Origin: a virus
Taxonomy: Duplodnaviria; Caudoviricetes
Direction: 5' to 3' (one strand)
DNA length: 29,317 nucleotides
IMG/VR virus record: IMGVR_UViG_3300032335_000427
Span: 1-29,317 of that record
Under the pieces are notes generated by a model. That model saw only the letters and a list, made by a program, of their open reading frames with translations, searched no databases and had not been told where the DNA came from. This document shows positions 1 through 6,498 of the stretch, piece by piece (the first letter of the stretch is position 1; each line of letters begins with the position of its first letter). The position numbers and the translations under genes were made by a program.

Positions 1-101
1 CGTTCACGTTGAGGCTCCTAGCTGGCGAGCTAAGGGTCAATTCGAAGCGCCGGGCCGAACTTCTTAGTGCCGCCGAGGTTGTTTGTCCGAAGAGCAAGGA
101 C

Positions 102-130
102 TAGCAATTTCAGCGCACCTTTGGTATAGT
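102..130 (+). promoter_or_regulatory. sigma70-type promoter upstream of nrdJ (extended -10)
   Basis: TAGCAA (102-107), 17 nt, TATAGT (125-130), with TG at 122-123. SD GGAG 151-154 precedes ATG 160. Confidence 0.55.
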
Positions 131-159
131 TAACGTCCTTCACCCCACTAGGAGCTATT

Positions 160-2175
160 ATGCGCAATTCACCCGAAATGCGTACGCCTTCCGCGCGTGC
201 CGCAACTATCATTCGTCGTACCTATGCCAGGCCGCTGCCGGCTGGTGGTTTCGAGTCTTGGGAAGATATTGTGGGGCGGGTCGTTAGCCATCAGCGTTGG
301 CTGTGGCAGCGTGCCCTCGGCGACAAGCCACTGACCTCCGCACAGGAGAACGAACTGGAGGAACTCCGGGAAGTCCTGCTGAACCGCTCGGCTTCGGTGT
401 CCGGTCGCACGCTGTGGCTGGGCGGTACTGCCGTCGCCAAGCGTCGTGAAGCCTCCATGTTCAACTGCGCCTTTACCAAGATCGAGACCGTCCACGACGT
501 CGTCGACGCGTTCTGGCTGCTGCTTCAGGGCTGTGGCGTTGGCTTCGAGCCGGTCGTCGGTACCCTGAACGGCTTCACGTCGCCCATGGAAATCGAACTT
601 GTTCGTAGCCAGCGGGCCAAGCTGGAGCAGAAGAAGGGTCGCGAGACCAATGTCGAAACGTATACGCAGGAACACGGCAAGACCGTTTGGACTATTGGTA
701 TTGGCGACAGCGCCGAAGCTTGGGCCAAGTCGGTGGGTAAGGTGTTGGCTGGCAAGCGGAAGGCTGATGTGCTTCGACTTGACTTCAGCCAGATTCGTCC
801 GGCCGGCGAGCGTCTTGCCGGGTACGGGTGGATTTCGAGCGGCGACGAGACTTTCGCGCCGGCACTTGAGAGACTTGCCCAAATCCTTAACGCGCGGGCA
901 GGCCAGCTTCTCAGCCGTATTGACATCCTCGATGTTCTCAACCACCTTGGCACGACCCTCTCCTCACGTCGCTCGGCGGAAATCGCACTGGTTCCGCATG
1001 GCGATCCAGAGTGGGTGGAGTTTGCTAAGGCAAAGAAGGACTTCTGGGTCCACAACAACTTCCACCGGCAGCAGTCCAACAACTCGGTGATGTTCAAGTC
1101 GCGCCCCGCGCAGGCCGACATTACCCACCTGTTCGACTTGATGCAGGAAGCTGGCGGCTCTGAGCCGGGCTTCATCAACATGGTGGAAGGCAAGCGCCGT
1201 GCCCCGTGGATTTCGGGCGTGAATCCCTGCGCCGAGATCCTGCTGCCCAACAAGGGTTTCTGTAACCTTGTCGAAATTAATCTGAGCCACTTCAACGGCA
1301 AGAACATCCGTAAGCTGTGGCGTACTGTGCAGCTTTTGGCTCGCGCCAACTACCGCCAGACCTGCGTCAATCTGGTGGACGGCGTGCTTCAGCGGGCTTG
1401 GCACGAGAACAACGAGTTCCTGCGCCTGTGCGGCGTGGGCGTGACGGGCGTTGCCGAGTGGGATCGGGCCGACGACGCGCTGGCTTGGATGAACCTGCGG
1501 GATGCTGCACGTGGTGCGGCGTTCGAAATGGCTGACGAACTGGGCCTTCCCCGCCCCAAGGCGGTTACTACGGTCAAGCCGTCGGGCACCCTATCCAAGA
1601 TCATGGACACCACCGAAGGTGTGCATAAGCCGCTGGGCAAGTACATCTTCAATAATGTCCGGTTCTCGAAGCATGATCCCTACGTCGAGAAGCTGATCGC
1701 CGCCAACTATCGCGTCTTTCAGGACCCGTCCAGCCCGGATGCCGTTCTGGTCACGTTCCCCGTCGCCTATGAGAACGTCAAGTTCGACGAAGTCGATGGC
1801 AAGTTCGTGAATCTGGAGCCGGCCGTCACCCAGTTGGACCGCTACAAGCTGCTGATGGACAACTACGTGGACCATAACTGCTCAGTCACCATCAGCTACA
1901 GCCCTGAAGAGGCGGCTGCTTCGGCGGAATGGCTGCATAAGAACTGGGATAACTACGTTGGTGTCAGCTTCCTGTACCGGACTGACCCCACCAAGACCGC
2001 CAAGGACCTCGGCTACCTGTATTTGCCACAGGAAGTGGTGGACGAAGAGACCTTCCGGGCCTACGCGGACACGCTGAAGCCGCTGGAAGGGGCTACGCAG
2101 GCCGAAACGGACGAACAGGAGTTCGAAATTGACACCGGAAGCGAGTGTGCGACCGGCGCCTGCCCCATCCGCTAA
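160..2175 (+). CDS. nrdJ: Class II adenosylcobalamin-dependent ribonucleotide reductase (monomeric RTPR/NrdJ type)
   Basis: 671 aa. Shows N-terminal RRTY.R, SGRTLW, FNCAF, the active-site NPCAEI..FCNLVE, TTVKPSGT and a C-terminal redox pair CATGACPIR. There is no nrdB partner and no glycyl-radical motif. Confidence 0.93.
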   Translation: MRNSPEMRTPSARAATIIRRTYARPLPAGGFESWEDIVGRVVSHQRWLWQRALGDKPLTSAQENELEELREVLLNRSASVSGRTLWLGGTAVAKRREASMFNCAFTKIETVHDVVDAFWLLLQGCGVGFEPVVGTLNGFTSPMEIELVRSQRAKLEQKKGRETNVETYTQEHGKTVWTIGIGDSAEAWAKSVGKVLAGKRKADVLRLDFSQIRPAGERLAGYGWISSGDETFAPALERLAQILNARAGQLLSRIDILDVLNHLGTTLSSRRSAEIALVPHGDPEWVEFAKAKKDFWVHNNFHRQQSNNSVMFKSRPAQADITHLFDLMQEAGGSEPGFINMVEGKRRAPWISGVNPCAEILLPNKGFCNLVEINLSHFNGKNIRKLWRTVQLLARANYRQTCVNLVDGVLQRAWHENNEFLRLCGVGVTGVAEWDRADDALAWMNLRDAARGAAFEMADELGLPRPKAVTTVKPSGTLSKIMDTTEGVHKPLGKYIFNNVRFSKHDPYVEKLIAANYRVFQDPSSPDAVLVTFPVAYENVKFDEVDGKFVNLEPAVTQLDRYKLLMDNYVDHNCSVTISYSPEEAAASAEWLHKNWDNYVGVSFLYRTDPTKTAKDLGYLYLPQEVVDEETFRAYADTLKPLEGATQAETDEQEFEIDTGSECATGACPIR

Positions 2176-2344
2176 GGTAAGGAGCCCGTGTTGTGGAGAA
2201 TGTAGTGCTTTTGCTACCCCTGCTGGTCATTTTTGCACTGGTTGCAGGCGTAGTCTTGAAGAAATTGCTGGCTGGCGATCCTATTCTGAAGAGCAAAAGG
2301 CAAATGTTCTCAGGGCAGTAGCCGCCCGCACGCTAGACGCTTGA
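2129..2344 (+). CDS. DUF1289/YdhL-like small Cys-rich protein (start uncertain: TTG 2129 or GTG 2147)
   Basis: SPCCGEC...CTGCRRSLEEIAGWRSYSEEQK matches the SPCxxxC...CxGCxRxxxEIxxW pattern of DUF1289. Both possible starts lie inside the 3' end of nrdJ. Confidence 0.7.
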   Translation: MTPEASVRPAPAPSAKVRSPCCGECSAFATPAGHFCTGCRRSLEEIAGWRSYSEEQKANVLRAVAARTLDA

Positions 2345-2369
2345 CTTCTGGGGGCCGGTAGGGTAGTAT
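2341..2369 (+). promoter_or_regulatory. sigma70-type promoter
   Basis: TTGACT (2341-2346), 17 nt, TAGTAT (2364-2369), upstream of ATG 2403. Confidence 0.7.
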
Positions 2370-2390
2370 TCCTATCGGCCTTCAGCTTTT
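2348..2390 (+). terminator. Intrinsic terminator-like hairpin after the nrdJ/DUF1289 unit
   Basis: 16-bp stem 2348-2363/2370-2385 with four G-U pairs, loop TAGTAT, followed by CTTTT. Confidence 0.6.
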
Positions 2391-2402
2391 GGGACCTTTG
2401 GC

Positions 2403-2627
2403 ATGCAGTTTACGGTGCAATACGACGACGGCGTCTGGGTTTTCACGGTCGCATCCGACGATGACGAGCCCGACTACCTCGAAGAGTTCGAAATTACCAA
2501 CATCGCGGACGCTGCGGCTGCTGCCAAGGACCTGATCGAGGAGATCATGGAGGCGGCCGAGGCCGAAGACGAAGAAGACGACGAAGCTGACCCGCTTGAA
2601 GGGTTCCTCGACGAACTAGAGGAGTAA
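2403..2627 (+). CDS. Small, extremely acidic hypothetical protein
   Basis: 74-aa ORF with genome-typical codon usage. 29 Asp/Glu and a single Lys by hand count. Confidence 0.85.
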   Translation: MQFTVQYDDGVWVFTVASDDDEPDYLEEFEITNIADAAAAAKDLIEEIMEAAEAEDEEDDEADPLEGFLDELEE

Positions 2628-2635
2628 CTGGCGCC

Positions 2636-2887
2636 GTGGCCGCCGACCGGGACTCAGCTATTCAGGACTTCCTAGAGGCTACCGACATCGACCGGCGGCT
2701 TCTGGAAGCCATCTCGCGTGTCCTAGCCAAGTCGCCCCGCGCTGTCCTTATTGCGTGGGAGGACGACACGTCCTTCGGCATGACGTCCATACCCTTTTCG
2801 AGGAGCCTGATCAAGGGCATGGTCGACACCGCATTCGATGCTGTCTTCGGCGACGACGAAACCCCCGAGGCCGACCCTGATGAGTAA
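2636..2887 (+). CDS. Small acidic hypothetical protein
   Basis: 83 aa, GTG start with GAGGAG just upstream, acidic C-terminal tail DDETPEADPDE. Confidence 0.8.
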   Translation: MAADRDSAIQDFLEATDIDRRLLEAISRVLAKSPRAVLIAWEDDTSFGMTSIPFSRSLIKGMVDTAFDAVFGDDETPEADPDE

Positions 2888-2924
2888 CTACCTGATTCGA
2901 AAGGCTCGCTACATGTGGAACGGC

Positions 2925-2953
2925 TTGATTGTCCTGCCGATGTATGTTATACT
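2925..2953 (+). promoter_or_regulatory. sigma70-type promoter of the fibre/adhesin cluster
   Basis: TTGATT (2925-2930), 17 nt, TATACT (2948-2953), with extended -10 TG. SD GGAGG at 2966-2970. Confidence 0.8.
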
Positions 2954-2978
2954 CTTCCGCTAGACGGAGGCAGTATTA

Positions 2979-3518
2979 ATGCCGTTTTATAAGATTTCGC
3001 AGCTAACGACGGCCACGTCCGCGTCGGCTACGGATCAGTTCGAAATCAACAGGGGCGGCGCTTCCAGGAGCGTTCAGCTTTCGGTTCTGGCCACCTACAT
3101 TCGTCAGTCGGCCGCCGAGATCCCTGTCTTCGTTTCGGTGAGCGGCGCCGCCCTCGTCGTCAACGGCCGCGTCGGCGTCAATACTAGCACGCCTGCTGTG
3201 CAGTTCGCGGTCTCCGGCACCGACGCCATCCTGATTCCGGTCGGCACCTCTACTCAGCGTCCGACGGGCGTGGCCGGCTACCTGCGCTTCAATACGGACC
3301 GGGCGTCCTTCGAGGGCTACAATGGTACGACGTGGGGTGGCATTGGTGGCGGTGCGGCTGGCGGTGGAACTGACCAGATCTTCTGGAACAACGGTCAGAC
3401 TGTCACCGCTGACTACAGCATTCCTGGCGGATTCAATTCCGGCAGCTTCGGTCCCATCACGGTAGACAGCGGCATTACTGTCACTGTTCCTGCCAGTTCC
3501 ACATGGACAATCGTCTGA
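2979..3518 (+). CDS. Short tail-fibre-like structural protein (paralogue of 6499-8943)
   Basis: N-terminal KISQLTTA, a GTSTQRP..G.LRFN....FEGYNG..W fibre motif, and C-terminal GGGTDQIFWNN...YSIP.G.N.G.FGPITV..GITVTVP.SSTWTIV. Confidence 0.8.
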   Translation: MPFYKISQLTTATSASATDQFEINRGGASRSVQLSVLATYIRQSAAEIPVFVSVSGAALVVNGRVGVNTSTPAVQFAVSGTDAILIPVGTSTQRPTGVAGYLRFNTDRASFEGYNGTTWGGIGGGAAGGGTDQIFWNNGQTVTADYSIPGGFNSGSFGPITVDSGITVTVPASSTWTIV

Positions 3519-3519
3519 C

Positions 3520-4110
3520 ATGCCCCTGAAGCTCAATTCCTCCGGCGGCGGCTCCGTCACCCTCGACGTACCCGTCACAGCCAGCACCTTCACCGCGACC
3601 ATCCCGGCGAATACGGGCACTGTCGTCACCACGGGCAGCACGGGCGTCGTCACGCAGGCCATGATGGCCTCTGGCGTGGCGGGCAATGGGCCTGCGTTCA
3701 GCGCGTACCGCAGCACGAACCAAACGGCCAACACCGCCACTTGGACAAAAGTTCAAGCGAACACTGAAGAGTTTGATACCAACTCCAACTACGACAACGC
3801 CACAAACCATCGCTTTACCCCAACAGTCGCTGGGTATTATCAAATTAACGGCGAAGTTAAAATGACGGGCGCCGCCGCTATTCTTATTGCTGCAATATAC
3901 AAGAACGGCTCTGAGTTTAAGCGCGGAACACAGTCTGGAAGTGCCGCGAGTTCGGGCCAAGCGGCGGCTGTCTCCGCTTTGGTTTATTTTAACGGCTCCA
4001 GCGATTATGTTGAGCTGTACGCATACCAAGACTCTGGCGGCACGTTGAGCGTCGAAGGTAGCGGCGGGACTAACAGCTACTTCCAGGCATTCCTCGTGAG
4101 GGCTGCATGA
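3520..4110 (+). CDS. Putative receptor-binding/adhesin protein with C1q/TNF-like C-terminal domain
   Basis: PAFSAY...TWTKV...EEFDTNSNYDNATNHRFTPTVAGYYQIN...NGSSDYVELYAYQ...SYFQAFLV is the typical C1q-fold signature (AFSA, FT.P..G.Y, L..GD.V.L, F.GFL). Confidence 0.75.
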   Translation: MPLKLNSSGGGSVTLDVPVTASTFTATIPANTGTVVTTGSTGVVTQAMMASGVAGNGPAFSAYRSTNQTANTATWTKVQANTEEFDTNSNYDNATNHRFTPTVAGYYQINGEVKMTGAAAILIAAIYKNGSEFKRGTQSGSAASSGQAAAVSALVYFNGSSDYVELYAYQDSGGTLSVEGSGGTNSYFQAFLVRAA

Positions 4111-4286
4111 TGACCCTCTACGACAAGATCATCGCGATCTACCCCACGCTGGTGACGCAGGACTTCCTAACCGTCATCCGCCTTCAGAACGACAGCGATG
4201 GCCGTGGCGACTACATCGCCGCTTGGAACCACCCGACGCTGCCTCGTCCGACGCAAGAGCAGCTTGACGCTGTGGAGGCCCGATAA
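4107..4286 (+). CDS. XkdW-like small fibre assembly/chaperone protein (not in supplied ORF track)
   Basis: 59 aa, MMTLYDKIIAIYP...LQNDSDGRGDYIAAWNHPTLPRPTQEQL. ATGA overlap with the upstream stop and TAATG overlap with the downstream start. The DSDG.G.YI..WN...P.PT..QL motif is XkdW-like. Confidence 0.75.
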   Translation: MMTLYDKIIAIYPTLVTQDFLTVIRLQNDSDGRGDYIAAWNHPTLPRPTQEQLDAVEAR

Positions 4287-4792
4287 TGCCCCTCATTCTG
4301 AACGGCTCCACCGGCATCAGCGGCACGGACGGCTCTGCCGCAACGCCTGCCGTGCAGGGCACCGACACCAACACCGGGATGTATTTCCCCGGCGCTGATC
4401 GCATCGGCTTTGCCGAAGGTGGCGTGCAGGTTGGTGAGTTCGACGCGTCGAGCAACTTCCTGTTCAACTCCGGCTACGGTTCTGTCGCGGTGGCTTATGG
4501 CTGCCGGGCTTGGGTGAACTTCAACGGCACCGGCACGGTGGCAATTAGGGCCAGCGGCAACGTCAGCAGCATTACGGACAATGCTGTGGGCAACTACACG
4601 GTGAACTTCACCACAGCAATGCCAGATGTAAATTATTGTGCGGTGTTTGGCGGCGAAAACATCGCTGGGGTAGGCAATGCCATTCTCAACGGTAGCGGCA
4701 CAAGAGCGACTGGTTCGATTGGTTTGCTACTTACAGATTTTGCCAACAATTCTCGCGACGATGACGCAGTTCAAGTCGCCATCTTCCGCTGA
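4286..4792 (+). CDS. Putative receptor-binding/tail fibre tip protein
   Basis: GSAATP....DTNTGMYFPGADRIGF fibre repeat followed by CRAWVNFNG.G...IR.S.NVSSITD..VG.YTVNF..AM...NY, a common phage fibre distal domain. Confidence 0.75.
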   Translation: MPLILNGSTGISGTDGSAATPAVQGTDTNTGMYFPGADRIGFAEGGVQVGEFDASSNFLFNSGYGSVAVAYGCRAWVNFNGTGTVAIRASGNVSSITDNAVGNYTVNFTTAMPDVNYCAVFGGENIAGVGNAILNGSGTRATGSIGLLLTDFANNSRDDDAVQVAIFR

Positions 4793-4807
4793 TAGGAGCC
4801 CAGAACA

Positions 4808-5014
4808 ATGACCGATCAGCGCATCGCATATAAGACCGACGAAGGCGGCGTTGCAGTCATCATCCCGGCCCCCGAGTGGCTCGCCCAAGAAGGCAACACC
4901 ATCGAGGCCCTTGCCGCCAAGGACGTGCCGCCCGGTAAGCCCTGGAAGATCGTCAGCGTCGCGGACATCCCGACCGACCGGACCTTCCGTGGCGCATGGG
5001 AGTACGCCGAATGA
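4808..5014 (+). CDS. Putative tail fibre assembly chaperone (N-terminal type, GGVA.I.P...KDVP.G.P.KI...D.P.DR.FR.AW)
   Basis: 68 aa, SD AGGAG. Directly follows a fibre tip gene and carries a motif typical of fibre-associated small proteins. Confidence 0.65.
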   Translation: MTDQRIAYKTDEGGVAVIIPAPEWLAQEGNTIEALAAKDVPPGKPWKIVSVADIPTDRTFRGAWEYAE

Positions 5015-5250
5015 TCACGATCAACGTGAACAAGGCCAAGCAGATCGCGCACGACATGCGCCGTCAGATGCGCGCTGCTGAGTTCGCGCCGCACGATGAC
5101 GCCATCGCCAAGCGCCTGCCCGGCACGGTTGAGGCTGAAGCCGAAGCGGCTCGCGCTGCCATCCGGGCCAAGTACGCTGTCATGCAAACCGAGATCGACG
5201 CGGCGGCAACGCCCGACGAAATTAAGACCGCACTGGGGATGCCAGCATGA
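5011..5250 (+). CDS. Putative tail fibre assembly chaperone (helical; R..IR.KY...Q..ID.A.T.DE.K)
   Basis: The likely start is ATG 5011 (ATGA overlap with the upstream stop) rather than 4996. ATGA overlap with the next gene. Confidence 0.65.
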   Translation: MITINVNKAKQIAHDMRRQMRAAEFAPHDDAIAKRLPGTVEAEAEAARAAIRAKYAVMQTEIDAAATPDEIKTALGMPA

Positions 5251-6314
5251 GTACCCTACAGGCAACCAACCTCAAGAACGCCGCCTCTGCGTCGAACAAC
5301 ATCGTCCTCGACACCTCGGGCAACACGACGTTCGTAGGCACGGCGGTGATGGGCTCGTCCTTCCTGCGGAACCGCATCATCAATGGGGACATGCGGATCG
5401 ACCAGCGGAATGCTGGGGCGAGCGTCTCTATCAACAACTCGTCTGCGTACACCATGGACAGGTGGTTTGTGGACGAGCAGACCGATGGCGTTTGCAGTGT
5501 TCAGCGGTCAACAACAGCCCCGGCAGGCTTTACCAACTCCCTGCTGTTTACGACCACAACTGCCGACGCATCTCTCGGCGCTAGTCAGTATGTCTATATG
5601 GGGCAGGCCATCGAAGGCTTTAATGTTGCCGACCTTGGATGGGGGGCGGCTGGCGCACAGACCGTCACGCTTTCCTTTTGGGTGCGGTCTTCTCTGACGG
5701 GCACGTTTGGCGGTTCGCTCCGGAACGGGGCTGCTAACAGGGCTTACCCGTTTACCTACACTATCAACTCAGCGAACACCTTTGAGTACAAGACTGTGAC
5801 CGTCTCCGGCGACACGACCGGAACTTGGGCTACCGACAATGCCGCTGGCTTGTGGGTGTTTTTCGGCCTTGGCGTTGGCAGCACATTCAGCGGCACCGCT
5901 GGGGCTTGGGCGGGTAGCAACTTCCTTTCCGCGACCGGCGCTGTTTCGGTCATAGGCACGCTCAACTCGACCTTCTACCTAACCGGCGTCCAACTCGAAG
6001 TCGGCACCGTCGCCACGCCGTTTGAGCGCAGGCAGTACGGGCAGGAACTAATGCTGTGCCAGAGGTATTTTCAGGTTGTAGATACCATAATGGGTGCGGT
6101 CACTGGCTCCGGCACCACCAACACATATAGAGCAAAGCTCTCAGTCACTATGAGAGCGACGCCAACAGTTTCGATTGTTTCAACGTCAAATATCAACACA
6201 ACCGGAGCTACGGTTGTCGCCACCGGCAACGAGCACTTCCAACATTCATCTGTTGGGTCTGCGGGTGGCGGCTTTATTTCCGAAGCTACTGGCCGGTTTA
6301 GTGCGGAGCTTTAG
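5247..6314 (+). CDS. Putative receptor-binding protein with carbohydrate-binding-like jelly-roll domain
   Basis: RNRIINGDMRIDQR...YTMDRW...TVTLSFWVRS...GVQLEVGTVATPFERR.YG.EL.LCQRYF, a widespread phage fibre/CBM-like signature. Confidence 0.75.
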   Translation: MSTLQATNLKNAASASNNIVLDTSGNTTFVGTAVMGSSFLRNRIINGDMRIDQRNAGASVSINNSSAYTMDRWFVDEQTDGVCSVQRSTTAPAGFTNSLLFTTTTADASLGASQYVYMGQAIEGFNVADLGWGAAGAQTVTLSFWVRSSLTGTFGGSLRNGAANRAYPFTYTINSANTFEYKTVTVSGDTTGTWATDNAAGLWVFFGLGVGSTFSGTAGAWAGSNFLSATGAVSVIGTLNSTFYLTGVQLEVGTVATPFERRQYGQELMLCQRYFQVVDTIMGAVTGSGTTNTYRAKLSVTMRATPTVSIVSTSNINTTGATVVATGNEHFQHSSVGSAGGGFISEATGRFSAEL

Positions 6315-6317
6315 GCC

Positions 6318-6488
6318 ATGTATGAGAACGCCCAACACATCCCATCTTCTATCACCGGCCCTGCCACGATCCGCTGCGACATCAACGGCGTGACCAGCTT
6401 TGTGCCGCTCGACCCGGCGAACACCGACTACCAGAACATCATGGCTCTGGTGGCGGCGGGTGAACTCACGATTGCTCCTGCGGAGTAG
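6318..6488 (+). CDS. Small fibre-associated chaperone-like protein (not in supplied ORF track)
   Basis: 56 aa, MYENAQH...SFVPLDPANTDYQNIMALVAAGELTIAPAE. SD GGAG upstream, fills the gap exactly, and has the P.DP.N.DY motif typical of proteins following LCQRY-type fibres. Confidence 0.75.
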   Translation: MYENAQHIPSSITGPATIRCDINGVTSFVPLDPANTDYQNIMALVAAGELTIAPAE

Positions 6489-6498
6489 GCTAGCCTGA

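Noticed and set aside
1-22. Possible 3' end of an upstream gene (..VHVEAP*)
   Set aside because: Too short to assign.
23-159. NrdR box or cobalamin riboswitch upstream of nrdJ
   Set aside because: Only TATAGT resembles an NrdR half-site, and it is better explained as the -10 box. No B12-box consensus is seen and the leader is too short.
160-2175. Intein or intron in nrdJ, terL or the helicase
   Set aside because: Lengths are ordinary, and no intein splice-junction or homing endonuclease motifs were seen.
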